This document shows positions 9,468 to 19,813 of a DNA stretch of 64,000 nt, piece by piece. The stretch covers positions 17,441 through 81,440 of the forward strand of contig JAEOTA010000085.1 of NCBI GenBank assembly GCA_016840085.1, in the 5' to 3' direction. The DNA comes from Promethearchaeota archaeon (GTDB lineage: Archaea > Asgardarchaeota > Lokiarchaeia > Sigyniarchaeales > SOKP01). Within the stretch, counting starts at the first letter, position 1, and each line of letters starts with the position of its first letter. The position numbers and the translations under genes were made by a program. Below the pieces are notes generated by a model. That model ran no database searches. It worked only from the letters and a program-made list of their open reading frames with translations, and was not told the origin of the DNA.

Positions 9468-10352
9468 ATGAAATTAGAACCTGAATGCATAGGATGTTTG
9501 TTTGATCAAATTTTAAATGCATTGAAATTACTTAAACCAGATATCTCTCGCGAAAACGTTATATTTGCCCAAAAAAAGTTCATAAATTCTTTAATGGATA
9601 TAGACATAGAAAATAAAGCTGCTCCAATTTTAGGAAAAGTTGTTTATTCTATAGTAGCAGATGTATTAGGGGAACAAGATCCATATCATTCTTTAAAACA
9701 AAAATACAATCGTCTTGCATTGCAATATTATGATGATGTCATGAAAATTATTGAGAGTTCAGAAGATCCATTGTTTGAAGCGATATTCGTGGCAGCTCTT
9801 GGAAATACTATTGATTTTGCTAGCCAACACGAAATAAATCTTATATCTGATATTAAAAACTTTAAAAAAGAAGATTTATTCATCAATGATTATACTAAAT
9901 TCAAGCAATCCCTTGATAAAACTAATCATCTTTTGATAATTGGAGATAATTCTGGAGAAATCGTATTTGATAAATTATTAATTACAACTATTAAGAAATT
10001 TTATCCAAAATTGCAAATAATATATTCAGTTAGAGGGGCACCAGTCGTAAATGATGCAACAATAGAAGATGCAAGATATATTGGTTTAACAGATTTAGTT
10101 CAAGTTGTAGAATCAGGTCCTATTCCGGGAGTAGATATAACAACATCTCCAAAAGAATTCAAAAAGCATTTTTATCAAAAAGGAGGTATTATTTTATCAA
10201 AAGGACAGGGAAATTTTGAATGTCTTTATGGAATGGAAATTCCAGATAAAGATTTATATTATTTATTAAAAGTAAAATGTAAATTAATGGAACGAATTTT
10301 TAATGCCAAGATTGGTGATTTAATTTTTAAAAAGAAAGTTAAGAATTTTTGA
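9468..10352 (+). CDS. DUF89/ARMT1-like damage-control phosphatase family protein
   Basis: N-terminal CIGCLFDQ, IGDNSGEIVFDKLL, SKGQGNFECL. Confidence 0.7.
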   Translation: MKLEPECIGCLFDQILNALKLLKPDISRENVIFAQKKFINSLMDIDIENKAAPILGKVVYSIVADVLGEQDPYHSLKQKYNRLALQYYDDVMKIIESSEDPLFEAIFVAALGNTIDFASQHEINLISDIKNFKKEDLFINDYTKFKQSLDKTNHLLIIGDNSGEIVFDKLLITTIKKFYPKLQIIYSVRGAPVVNDATIEDARYIGLTDLVQVVESGPIPGVDITTSPKEFKKHFYQKGGIILSKGQGNFECLYGMEIPDKDLYYLLKVKCKLMERIFNAKIGDLIFKKKVKNF

Positions 10353-11207
10353 TTATGATTTTTCTAATATTTCTCTTATTTTTTTAACTGTTTCTTTGAA
10401 TGCCTTAGCAGATTTACTTTCAGGGTACTTTAAAATAAAAGGTAAGCCTTGATCCCCTTGCTGACTCACTTCCGTTTCAAAGGGAATTTTGCCTAACAAT
10501 TGAACCTTGAAATCAGTTGCTGCTTTCTCTGCTCCACCAGGGGGATATAAATCGATATACTCTCCACAATGCGGACAATTAAAGCCTGACATATTTTCAA
10601 TTATACCAAGAACTTTCCTTTCCATTACCATTGCCATTTTTATTGTCTTTCGGGCATCCATTAAGGCTACTTCTTGTGGAGTAGTTATAACAACGACATT
10701 CTCATCAGGTATAAGTTGTAAAATATCTAAGGTCTCATCAGAAGTTCCTGGAGGTAAATCACATATCAAATAATCAAGTTCACCCCAAATTGCATCGCCA
10801 AGAAACTGTCTTACTGCACTCATCTTCATAGGTCCTCTCCAAATCACGGGATCATCTGAAGAAAGGGTTAAAAAAGCCATACTCATTACTTTTAGTCTCA
10901 AAGGACCATCAATAGGATAAAACCTTTTAGCTTCAGCATCAACTTTTGGTTTTAATTCAGGATCAACTCCTAGCATTTTAATAACATTGGGTCCGGTAAT
11001 ATCAACATCAAGAATTCCTACCCTTAGTCCTATACTTGCTAAACTCATAGCTAAGTTAACTGCTACAGTTGTTTTTCCAACTCCTCCTTTTCCTGAAATT
11101 ATTACTATTTTATGTTTTATCTGCTCCATATTTTTTTTTATGTTCTTTTCTCTCTCATCTACCATCATTTCTTTTAAGTTGATATCTGGTACGTTTTCTT
11201 CTGACAT
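10353..11207 (-). CDS. Mrp/NBP35/ApbC-type Fe-S cluster carrier ATPase
   Basis: Deviant Walker A ISGKGGVGKTTVAVNLA, CPHCGEYIDLY motif. Its stop abuts the stop of the convergent DUF89 gene. Confidence 0.9.
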   Translation of the reverse strand: MSEENVPDINLKEMMVDEREKNIKKNMEQIKHKIVIISGKGGVGKTTVAVNLAMSLASIGLRVGILDVDITGPNVIKMLGVDPELKPKVDAEAKRFYPIDGPLRLKVMSMAFLTLSSDDPVIWRGPMKMSAVRQFLGDAIWGELDYLICDLPPGTSDETLDILQLIPDENVVVITTPQEVALMDARKTIKMAMVMERKVLGIIENMSGFNCPHCGEYIDLYPPGGAEKAATDFKVQLLGKIPFETEVSQQGDQGLPFILKYPESKSAKAFKETVKKIREILEKS

Positions 11208-11466
11208 CTTTCTAACTCACATTTTTTGAATTTTATAGGTTTTTTCAATACTTCTTATTTAAGATATCATACTTATGATTTGTAATAATTCTTATGATAA
11301 TATTTTATGAAAATTTCCCTAATTTCAGTTATATTATAATTCTTATCATTAGAAATTTATTTTAAATAAACTAAAGAAATTAATAAATTCTATAATTATT
11401 ATTCAATACTGAAAAGAGAAGAAAAATTAATTTTCAAGGTGTAAGTGAATTCCCGTTAGTAACTTC

Positions 11467-11934
11467 ATGGAGCTTTACAAGTTTTTACCTAAAACAAATT
11501 GCAAGGAATGTGGAAAACCCACATGTATGGCATTTGCATTAGATTTACTACAAGGTAAAGTAAAGATTGATGATTGTCCTCCACTTTTAGAACCAAAATA
11601 TAAGAAATATTATGATACCTTAAAAGAAATGCTAGGTGCTGAGGAGGGTAAAGAAAAAGAATTAAGAATAGATGTAGATACTGATTTATGCGATGGATGC
11701 GGAATCTGTGTTACAGTTTGTCCTGTGAATGCAAGATATTGTCCTCCCACTCTAAGTGGAAAGGCACCAGATTATCCTCCTGAAAAACATCAATTATTTC
11801 AGATCAAAGAAGGTAAATGCGAATTATTAAGTATAGAACATTGTAGGAGAATAGAAGCAGAAGGAAGAGAAAGAGAGTGTCGTGTATGTGAAACGTATTG
11901 TCCTCGGGATGCTGTAAAAATTGATTATGTATAA
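11467..11934 (+). CDS. Fe-S electron-transfer protein: RnfB-type N-terminal 4-Cys domain plus 2x[4Fe-4S] ferredoxin (FwdG-like role)
   Basis: TNCKECGKPTCMAFA...DDCPP, then CDGCGICVTVCP and CRVCETYCP. First gene of the fwd cluster. Confidence 0.65.
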   Translation: MELYKFLPKTNCKECGKPTCMAFALDLLQGKVKIDDCPPLLEPKYKKYYDTLKEMLGAEEGKEKELRIDVDTDLCDGCGICVTVCPVNARYCPPTLSGKAPDYPPEKHQLFQIKEGKCELLSIEHCRRIEAEGRERECRVCETYCPRDAVKIDYV

Positions 11935-11976
11935 AAATAATTTAGAAATTTAATTTTTAAGTTAGAGGTAAAATTT

Positions 11977-13275
11977 ATGAAAAGAATACCTTGTTCAGGC
12001 TGCTCTTTATTATGCGACGATATAATTATTAAAAGCGATGGAATTTTTATTGATGAGGTTGTAGGGGCATGTTTAAAAGGGAAAGAAAGGTTTGACCAAG
12101 TCACCGCAAAAAATCGTATTTTATCGCCTATGATTCGTAAAAATGGGAAATTAGTAAAGAGTTCTTGGGATGATGCAATCAGTAAAACAGTTGAAATTAT
12201 TAGTCAGTCATCCAATCCTTTATTGTATGGTTTTTCAACAAGTAGTTGTGAGGCACAATTTAAAGGAATTAAGTTGGCAAAGCTAATAAATGGCTTTATA
12301 GATTCAAATTCTACTATATGTCAAGGAAAAGTATTAAATACTTCAAAACAAACAGGGATTACATTAACAACAATTACCGAAGTCATAAATAAAGCGGATT
12401 TATTAATATTATGGGGAGCAAATGCAGCAGCATCTATTCCTCGCTTATTAAATAAGGTTCTTTTTTCAAGGGGAAAATTTAGGATGACGGGGCGTGAAAT
12501 AAAAACGTTAATAGTATTGGATCCAATGAAAACGGCTTCTTTTGGAGTTATGGGTGTCAGGGATATTGCTTTAAATATCGAACCAGAAAAAGATATTGAA
12601 CTAATTCAGGCTTTAAAGGAAGAATGTTGCACTGAAAAAAGTATTCCTGAAAGTGGGATAGCAGGTATAGATGCTAATGATTTAAAAAGATTATTACTTC
12701 ATTTAACTGGAACTGAATATGGAGTTATTTTTATAGGGCAAGGTTTATTAAAACCTCAATCAGGTTCTAATGTTATACAGGAATTATTAGAACTGGTTCA
12801 AATGATAAATGAAAAACAACAAAAAGGTCGTATTTCAGTCATATTGGTTGGAGGGCACTATAATATGATAGGATTTGAACACGTTGCATTATCAAGTTAT
12901 GGGAAAAATAGTAGTTTGCAATTTGTTAATAATCAACTAGCAGAAACCACCGATACTATTGTATTAAAAGTTGATAATGAAGATTTTGACAGTTCTTTAA
13001 TTGTAGGAACTGATCCTATTTCACACTTGCCAATTCAATTAAGTAAAAAATTAGCCGCAAAACCTTTAATATTGATTGATAATAAAAAATCGGCTACTTC
13101 TCAAATAGCTGATGTAATATTACCTTCAGCAATTACGGGTATAGAATGTGCGGGATTAGCTTATAGATTAGATCATGTTCCAATTGAATTACAAAAAATA
13201 ATAAATCCACCAAGCAGTGTCAAGACTGACGAAGAGATATTGGACCTGCTATTAGAAAAACTAAAAAACTCATAA
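11977..13275 (+). CDS. fwdB: Formylmethanofuran dehydrogenase subunit B (molybdopterin oxidoreductase family)
   Basis: 432 aa. N-terminal IPCSGCSLLCDDI is typical of FwdB/FmdB. Cys (STSSCEAQ) rather than an in-frame TGA. Followed by fwdD and fwdA. Confidence 0.8.
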   Translation: MKRIPCSGCSLLCDDIIIKSDGIFIDEVVGACLKGKERFDQVTAKNRILSPMIRKNGKLVKSSWDDAISKTVEIISQSSNPLLYGFSTSSCEAQFKGIKLAKLINGFIDSNSTICQGKVLNTSKQTGITLTTITEVINKADLLILWGANAAASIPRLLNKVLFSRGKFRMTGREIKTLIVLDPMKTASFGVMGVRDIALNIEPEKDIELIQALKEECCTEKSIPESGIAGIDANDLKRLLLHLTGTEYGVIFIGQGLLKPQSGSNVIQELLELVQMINEKQQKGRISVILVGGHYNMIGFEHVALSSYGKNSSLQFVNNQLAETTDTIVLKVDNEDFDSSLIVGTDPISHLPIQLSKKLAAKPLILIDNKKSATSQIADVILPSAITGIECAGLAYRLDHVPIELQKIINPPSSVKTDEEILDLLLEKLKNS

Positions 13276-13296
13276 GAGGCGGATATTTAGAAGAAA

Positions 13297-13665
13297 ATGT
13301 TGGTAAACACAGTAAGAATGGTTGATTATGATCAATTAAAGGAATTTACGATAGGAGATAATAACTCACTTAAAGAAAATTTGGCAATAGGCTTCTTTAA
13401 TCCAGAAGATATGAAAAAACTAAAATTAACAGAGAAATCAAGAGCAAAATTGAGTAGCAAATTTGGTAATGTTATAGTAAATGTTAAACAAGAAAAAGAT
13501 GTCCCTAAAGGGTTAATTCTAATACCTGTATCAATTTGGGCTAATCAAATAACTGGTGTAGAAAATGAAGAACTAATTTATAAGAATATTGAAGTAAACG
13601 TGGTATCAACCCAAGAACCTGTATTAAGTTTTGAAGATATTATTATTTCAATTAAAGGAAATTAA
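13297..13665 (+). CDS. fwdD: Formylmethanofuran dehydrogenase subunit D (molybdopterin dinucleotide-binding beta-barrel)
   Basis: 122 aa, with the right size and position between fwdB and fwdA. LILIPVSIWANQITG region. Confidence 0.65.
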   Translation: MLVNTVRMVDYDQLKEFTIGDNNSLKENLAIGFFNPEDMKKLKLTEKSRAKLSSKFGNVIVNVKQEKDVPKGLILIPVSIWANQITGVENEELIYKNIEVNVVSTQEPVLSFEDIIISIKGN

Positions 13666-13682
13666 ATATACTAAGATTAGAA

Positions 13683-15353
13683 ATGGTTAAATTAATTATT
13701 AAGAATGGATTGATTTTTGATCCCCTCAATAATATTGAAGGTGAGAAGAAGGATATCTTAATTGAGGACGAATTTATTGTAGAAAAATTTTCTAAAGAAA
13801 GTGATATAAAGGAAATTGATGCTAAGGGAAAAACTGTTATTCCTGCTGCCTTGGATATTCATACTCATTTTGCATCTCAACAAGTAAATTGGGCACGATT
13901 ACTTGGTACAGAAAATTCAACTTTCAAAAAAATATGGCAAGGTTTAACACTTGAAAAAATAGCTCAAGATTATATTAATAATGGCTATACTTTCATTCTT
14001 GAAGCGAACGTCTTCCCATCCTTATCAAAACAAACAATATTTGATTTTAATCATTTACCGGTTCTTGATAAGGGAATGTTATTAAATGTCAGTAATTTAT
14101 GGGCTTTAGAGTTAGAGTTTCAGAGAAGTAAAATAGATAACTTAAGTGTATTTTTATCCGATTTATTGCAAAAAACCAAAGCTTTTGGCATTAAAGTCTA
14201 TAATCCTTTTGAAGCTGAAGAATGGAATTTTAAAGAGATAAGAGAAGATGTTAAAAAATTAGGAAGACTCTATAATTTCTCAGCTTTAGATGTTTATGAG
14301 AACTTAACAAAAGCTAATGAGCGGTTAGGATTACCGCATTCAGTTCATGCCCATATTGAAGGCTATGAGACTAAATATGCAAAAGATAATTATGCAATCA
14401 TATTAGAAAGGATAAATTCTTTAGATATAGTCCCTAAATTAAAAAATAACTCTCAAACTTCGAGATCCCAAATTTTTCATCTTGCTCACGCTTCTGCTTA
14501 TAATATCGATGGAGATAATACTAAATTAATTGATATTATCAATCAATCTAATAAAATAGACATTGATATTGGATTTCTTACATTTAACAAAATCAATCCA
14601 TTAATCACTTCTGATAGAAAGTTAATTGAAAATGAAATAAAAATTGAAAATCAAAATAATATATTAATTAGATCCGCTGTAGAATTTGAAGGAGATTTAT
14701 TTGTAAAATTTAGAAATTTTGATAAGAATAATAAAGATCATTGCATATTGTGGGCAAATGGAATCAACCTCGCTCTAAATATTAAAAATAAGTGGAAAAT
14801 TCAACTTTCTCTTAACTATCCAAATTATGGTAATATAAACGATCTTGCTGAAGTTGCTACATGGCTATTAAGTAATGATGCAAGAATTAAATTTATGGAG
14901 AATATGACAAAAAATTTTATACCAGATGAATTTTTAACAGAGCCAGATAACAATTTATCATTTTATGAGTATATTATTTTAAGTCGAGCAAGTCCAGCTA
15001 AATCTCTTGGATTGGGACAAATTAAAGGAAATTTGGGAATTGGTGCTGATGGAGACGTTAATATTTTAGATATTGATCTACATAACATCGATACAGTTAA
15101 AGATTATGATGTAATCAAGAAATCGTTAAGTAATATTGAATATGTTATAAAATCTGGTGAAATTATAAAATATGGGGATAATTTAGATTTGTCACATCAA
15201 GGTAAGATTTTTTGGACAAGGGGCACTATAGAAAAAGAGGATAGATCAATTATTTTGAAACAAAAAAAGGATTTTTATCAAAAATATTATTCAATTTTCT
15301 ATGATTCTCTAATAACTTCAATTAATAATAAATTTTTAAGGTTAGTTGATTAG
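13683..15353 (+). CDS. fwdA: Formylmethanofuran dehydrogenase subunit A (amidohydrolase fold)
   Basis: 556 aa. IIKNGLIFDPLNNIEGEKKDILIED, IPAALDIHTHF, LPHSVHAHIEG, and C-terminal FYQKYYSIFYDS resembling FwdA KQYYSVNF. Confidence 0.85.
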   Translation: MVKLIIKNGLIFDPLNNIEGEKKDILIEDEFIVEKFSKESDIKEIDAKGKTVIPAALDIHTHFASQQVNWARLLGTENSTFKKIWQGLTLEKIAQDYINNGYTFILEANVFPSLSKQTIFDFNHLPVLDKGMLLNVSNLWALELEFQRSKIDNLSVFLSDLLQKTKAFGIKVYNPFEAEEWNFKEIREDVKKLGRLYNFSALDVYENLTKANERLGLPHSVHAHIEGYETKYAKDNYAIILERINSLDIVPKLKNNSQTSRSQIFHLAHASAYNIDGDNTKLIDIINQSNKIDIDIGFLTFNKINPLITSDRKLIENEIKIENQNNILIRSAVEFEGDLFVKFRNFDKNNKDHCILWANGINLALNIKNKWKIQLSLNYPNYGNINDLAEVATWLLSNDARIKFMENMTKNFIPDEFLTEPDNNLSFYEYIILSRASPAKSLGLGQIKGNLGIGADGDVNILDIDLHNIDTVKDYDVIKKSLSNIEYVIKSGEIIKYGDNLDLSHQGKIFWTRGTIEKEDRSIILKQKKDFYQKYYSIFYDSLITSINNKFLRLVD

Positions 15354-15462
15354 AATATAAAATTTGAAGTTATTATTCAAACCAATGATTTTTAATAGCA
15401 TGAAATTAAAAAAATTCAATGAAAAAAAAATCTGTTAAGAGAATTTTTAATCTTTCTTATTT

Positions 15463-16974
15463 CTAACCTATAGCGTGGTAGTGAAGCATAGAATGATGAT
15501 AATACCTTGGTGCTATAATATACGCTAAAGGTCTTCTCCTTATGTAAGTTTCTAAATCTTGTTCGAAAAAAGAGTATATGCTAAGATGTATCAAAGGATT
15601 TATTAAATATTTCCATTTATCCAGTTGCTCTTGTGAGATATTATTTTCAATCAATAATACATTGGGATTTAAACACATTAGAATAGCATATTCCATTAAT
15701 TCTGGAATAAATTTTGCACTTTGGGCTTTTAATATGTTTGATTGTGCTCGCAATAATACTCTCCACGTCTCTTCAGGGTCCCATGGAAATAATGAGGAGA
15801 TTGCTGAAAAGAATTTCGTACCTTCAGGTATATCTTCAATAATTTCATAAAAATAATTATAAGAGTCTAATTTAGTGGAAAATGCTAAAATTAACAATAC
15901 GAATATCATTTCTTCATCAATATTTTGCTTTAAATGTTGATAAAGAATTGTCTTCTTTCCGATCATTGGTAAATCTCTTTGAAAGTCTATGAAAATTCTA
16001 AGATTTTCATAATATTGCATAATTATATTTCTATTTACCTCATTTTTTGAACCCCATATTGTAAAAAATTTACCCAATAACGAGATCGCTGTTCTGATTT
16101 TATGAGTTGATATATTAGCATTATTAAGGATTTCATGAAATATTCTTTTATATTCATTTTCGGGATATTTATATTTAAATTCATTCTCAGTAATCTTTGC
16201 TTCATGATTATTCTTTGGAATCATATTTTCTGGATGGTTCATGAGATAAAATGATAAATTCATCATTCTTTTTTGTGCGTTATTGTAATTACGTTCACGT
16301 AGCGTAATAATATTCATAATTTTAGATAGATTTAGCATATTTGTATTAAGAAAGTATAAAGCCCATACCGGTGAGAACTTATTTGTTCTCATAATATTTC
16401 CAATACTGTCGATAAGCATGGTGAATGTGTCATCTAAATTCTTTAACACAATAATTAGCTCTTTTAATTCTCGAGAATAGAATCTCCTCCGAGCTTTTAT
16501 TTCATCAATAATTGTTTCACCTATGGGGGTAAGAAAAACTCTAATACCATTAACCTTAACGGCTCTTTCATAAGATTCAATTTCTCTATTAAGTTTTAAC
16601 AAATCGTTCTTCAATATTTTCAGATTAATTTCGTTATTTTCAATGAATTGACATAAATCAGATATGTCCTTTTTTAATGTTGCACCTCTTCCAATTTTTA
16701 AATAAGCAAAAAAGCGGGATATCGTTGATACATGATTATAATCACCCTCTAATGATACTAAATTTTGATAAGCTTGTCTTATATCATTAGATAACTTCAC
16801 ATACTTTCTTTTTAGACTTGTTATGTCTTTTTCTCTTGACGTCTTGGGGATTTTAGATTTGAATTCTGAAATAAGATGATTTTCTTTTAATTCAGAGATC
16901 TCTTCATATGATGTCAATATATCTTTTTTATCTTTTATAGAACTTAATATCTCTAACGCTCTCTCACATCTCAA
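15463..16974 (-). CDS. Hypothetical 503-aa protein, mostly helical with a coiled-coil N-terminus
   Basis: TTG start overlaps the TGA of the upstream gene (TTGA). No motif recognised. Confidence 0.6.
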   Translation of the reverse strand: MRCERALEILSSIKDKKDILTSYEEISELKENHLISEFKSKIPKTSREKDITSLKRKYVKLSNDIRQAYQNLVSLEGDYNHVSTISRFFAYLKIGRGATLKKDISDLCQFIENNEINLKILKNDLLKLNREIESYERAVKVNGIRVFLTPIGETIIDEIKARRRFYSRELKELIIVLKNLDDTFTMLIDSIGNIMRTNKFSPVWALYFLNTNMLNLSKIMNIITLRERNYNNAQKRMMNLSFYLMNHPENMIPKNNHEAKITENEFKYKYPENEYKRIFHEILNNANISTHKIRTAISLLGKFFTIWGSKNEVNRNIIMQYYENLRIFIDFQRDLPMIGKKTILYQHLKQNIDEEMIFVLLILAFSTKLDSYNYFYEIIEDIPEGTKFFSAISSLFPWDPEETWRVLLRAQSNILKAQSAKFIPELMEYAILMCLNPNVLLIENNISQEQLDKWKYLINPLIHLSIYSFFEQDLETYIRRRPLAYIIAPRYYHHSMLHYHAIG

Positions 16975-17954
16975 ACTTGATTCACCTTTTCTAAAATTGG
17001 TATTTCAACCGAGGGTAAATCCTTACCCTCTACTATAATTGTTAAATTTTCATTTATATTTTCTACATAAGTAAAAAAATCTTTATTTAAAGCTTCATAA
17101 ATAAGTAATGCTAGTTCTTCTCTTTGTTTTTGCCAAGAAATTTGACGTTCTTCCAATAAATGGCGATAAGAGTCGAGTTGAACTAAAGCATAGAGAAACT
17201 CATACACTAATTTCTGCCACTCTTTTTTCTGAGTCTCTTTATATTCATCCATAGGCACTTTTTTCCAAATAAATCCTTCAATATCTGCAAAATGTATTGT
17301 TCCATTCGGTGCTACTACACAATCCTTATCTAACCATACATCTTGATAAAATATACCTTTAATTTCGTTTCCTTCAATTATTGCTGATCGTGTATAAAGA
17401 GTTAAAAGCGCTATTCCACTTTTAATAAAATTCAATTCAAAATTCTCTGCCCTTTCTATGTTATCAATCTCAAATAACTGGAAAACTGAACTTGGATTAG
17501 CAATGACATGAGATGATTCAAAATACAAACGTACATTTGAAGGGAGTAGGCGTAGAACTTGATAAAAATGATCTTTATATGTTCTAAACCAAAAGAATTT
17601 CTTGGCCACTTCTTCGATTTCTTTTGGTAACTTAATAACTGCTACTGAGGGGCATATGTAAGCTCCATTAATAGAATCCAATTTAGCGATTCTAGAAAAT
17701 TTCAGTTCATCAAATCCATTTATAAAACCTTGAGCGCCATATGGACTTTCACCCATCCAAGATTCCCCCATTATGAATCCTAAACCAGTGGATAATGTTT
17801 CAATTTTACTTAGATGTTTTATATCTCGACATGCGTTTTTTATTTTACTCGGGTTCAATTTTCCTCCAAAAAACATATCCTCATAAGCACCACACCCTTT
17901 TACTGATAAATATACAATTTTTCCTCCAATTTCAATAAAGTTTTCTGGAATCAT
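16971..17954 (-). CDS. Hypothetical protein with a weak protein-kinase-like/PI3-4-kinase-like signature. The frame stays open 72 codons upstream, to 18185.
   Basis: IVYLSVKGCGAYED and WLDKDCVVAPNGTIHFADIEGF resemble a lysine strand plus a catalytic-loop/DFG-like segment. The upstream extension ...LPEEWYSAYLGPATAEFHGLNHKSQPAVRDENRNA has no ATG/GTG/TTG. Confidence 0.55.
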   Translation of the reverse strand: MIPENFIEIGGKIVYLSVKGCGAYEDMFFGGKLNPSKIKNACRDIKHLSKIETLSTGLGFIMGESWMGESPYGAQGFINGFDELKFSRIAKLDSINGAYICPSVAVIKLPKEIEEVAKKFFWFRTYKDHFYQVLRLLPSNVRLYFESSHVIANPSSVFQLFEIDNIERAENFELNFIKSGIALLTLYTRSAIIEGNEIKGIFYQDVWLDKDCVVAPNGTIHFADIEGFIWKKVPMDEYKETQKKEWQKLVYEFLYALVQLDSYRHLLEERQISWQKQREELALLIYEALNKDFFTYVENINENLTIIVEGKDLPSVEIPILEKVNQV

Positions 17955-18169
17955 TGCGTTTCTATTTTCATCTCTAACCGCTGGCTGTGATTTATGATTT
18001 AACCCATGAAACTCAGCAGTGGCTGGCCCTAAATAGGCAGAATACCATTCTTCCGGTAATTTAAATTGCTTATTAATTTCAATAGCCTCAGGTTCAATCT
18101 TGAATAAATTAAAATTAACAGAATTTAGTAATTTTTGATGATAAAGTGTATTGTAAGTTAAATTTTCAT

Positions 18170-19813
18170 TCAGTAGCGTCTCACCTTAACTTTAGGCATC
18201 TTTTTACCTAAAAGGTATATTGTACCTACTATTTGAGCATTATAATCATCATATATGTTTTTAGCGGGACTATTCCATTCAGCAATTTCCGTAATTGCTC
18301 GTGTACATCCTATTTCCTTGAGCGCTGAAAGTCGAGCTAATACAAGCATTCTTCCGATTCCATGATTTCTAAAAGCAGGATGGACGTAAAGACCATATAA
18401 CCATCCAGTTTCTTCTCCGGGAGTAGCAAAACCTACACCTAATATTATTTCATTAGCTATAGATTCTGGTTTAGGATAATTACTTTGAAATAAATCTGAC
18501 ATTATTGATTGAATCCAAGTTTCTGTTCTTAATGCAGTAGCTCCAACCGCTATATCATCCTCATAAGATTTAGTAACCCATTTTGCATATTTCTTGCTTT
18601 TTTTACCCCTATCTTCATTTGCGATCATTTTCATGATAGCATCTAAATGTTTCTCCTCAACAGGTTTTATATGAGCAGTATCAAAACTTAAATCTCTTTG
18701 CTGGAGATTATTAATTTCAAAGATATTATATTTCTCAATTGTGCGAAAACCCTTTAATCCTCTTCCACTTTCAGTAAATGCATATTTAACTTTAGTATAA
18801 TTTACCATATCCCATATGTGATTACCATAAAAGGTACCAACTTTCCCTTTTTGTTCAATAAATCCTATTCCTTCTACTACTCCATTACTATGAGCGCTGA
18901 TGATTTTTTTTTCATGAGATCTCGCTCTAACTAAATAGGAGGGTATCATTTCTGAATAAGCAGATTGTATTTCAAATTTAACAAAGTTAGGTAGATTTCT
19001 TTCAACGATAATTTCTATATCTCCTTTCGGAATTATCCTTGATTTCCAACGGAGGTTTTCATATATTACATAAAATAGAATCATAAAAAATAATATAGGA
19101 CCCCAGTAAGCTAAAAAGTACATTCCAAAATTAAAAGGTCTTAGATAACTAGAAGATGTAATGAAGACATAGGAATTTATTCTAAATTTTGACCAATGCC
19201 CTGTTTCTCCATCATATCCATCATCTACTTCTGTATAAATCTCTCCAATCAAATAACCATCTTTCGTAAAGAAATTATCTACTTCATATTTAGCATCAAA
19301 TTCTCCATACACATCATCTCGAGAATAGTAGCCCTCACTATGAAGTTTTTTTCCACTAAAAGGCATTAGATTTCCAACCCAAATAAGGTGTTCTCCACTG
19401 ATTACATCATATGAAGTATCGAGAATATCATATTGAGACGCTTTAATCCCTCCAGGAATATGAAACCAAACATTCATATCAGTAGTATTAAGGACATCTT
19501 GGTCAGTGCCCCATACATAAGCTCCATTAACTAGTGAATATGAAAACTCATAATTATCTACGCTTTTTTGGGAAGAACCATAGTAGTTTTCAGAAAATCT
19601 CCATGAAATCCGAGCGGTCACATTTGCATAATTTCCATTAAAATCAACAAGATAATGCCCTTTTGCTCTAAAAGTTTCTGTATATCCATCATACCAACCT
19701 CCTGTTCCTACCAAATCCCAATTATAGACATATTCGAATTCTAGGTCATGAGATGTAAATTTAATACCTAAATATGGCATCCCGAATAATTGAACAATAA
19801 CAGAAGTTATCAC
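18170..19813 (-). CDS. Membrane protein with a Tyr/Gly/Asp-rich N-terminal extracytoplasmic domain and a C-terminal GNAT acetyltransferase domain
   Basis: TM segment MYFLAYWGPILFFMILFYVIY. GNAT motif A YVHPAFRNHGIGRMLVLARL. Probable signal anchor encoded upstream of the listed GTG start. Confidence 0.7.
   Translation of the reverse strand: MITSVIVQLFGMPYLGIKFTSHDLEFEYVYNWDLVGTGGWYDGYTETFRAKGHYLVDFNGNYANVTARISWRFSENYYGSSQKSVDNYEFSYSLVNGAYVWGTDQDVLNTTDMNVWFHIPGGIKASQYDILDTSYDVISGEHLIWVGNLMPFSGKKLHSEGYYSRDDVYGEFDAKYEVDNFFTKDGYLIGEIYTEVDDGYDGETGHWSKFRINSYVFITSSSYLRPFNFGMYFLAYWGPILFFMILFYVIYENLRWKSRIIPKGDIEIIVERNLPNFVKFEIQSAYSEMIPSYLVRARSHEKKIISAHSNGVVEGIGFIEQKGKVGTFYGNHIWDMVNYTKVKYAFTESGRGLKGFRTIEKYNIFEINNLQQRDLSFDTAHIKPVEEKHLDAIMKMIANEDRGKKSKKYAKWVTKSYEDDIAVGATALRTETWIQSIMSDLFQSNYPKPESIANEIILGVGFATPGEETGWLYGLYVHPAFRNHGIGRMLVLARLSALKEIGCTRAITEIAEWNSPAKNIYDDYNAQIVGTIYLLGKKMPKVKVRRY

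Noticed and set aside
18170-18188. Programmed -1 ribosomal frameshift fusing the GNAT protein to the kinase-like ORF
   Set aside because: The 16-nt overlap window (GGTGAGACGCTACTGA) contains no slippery X XXY YYZ heptamer. An indel or a non-canonical start is more plausible.
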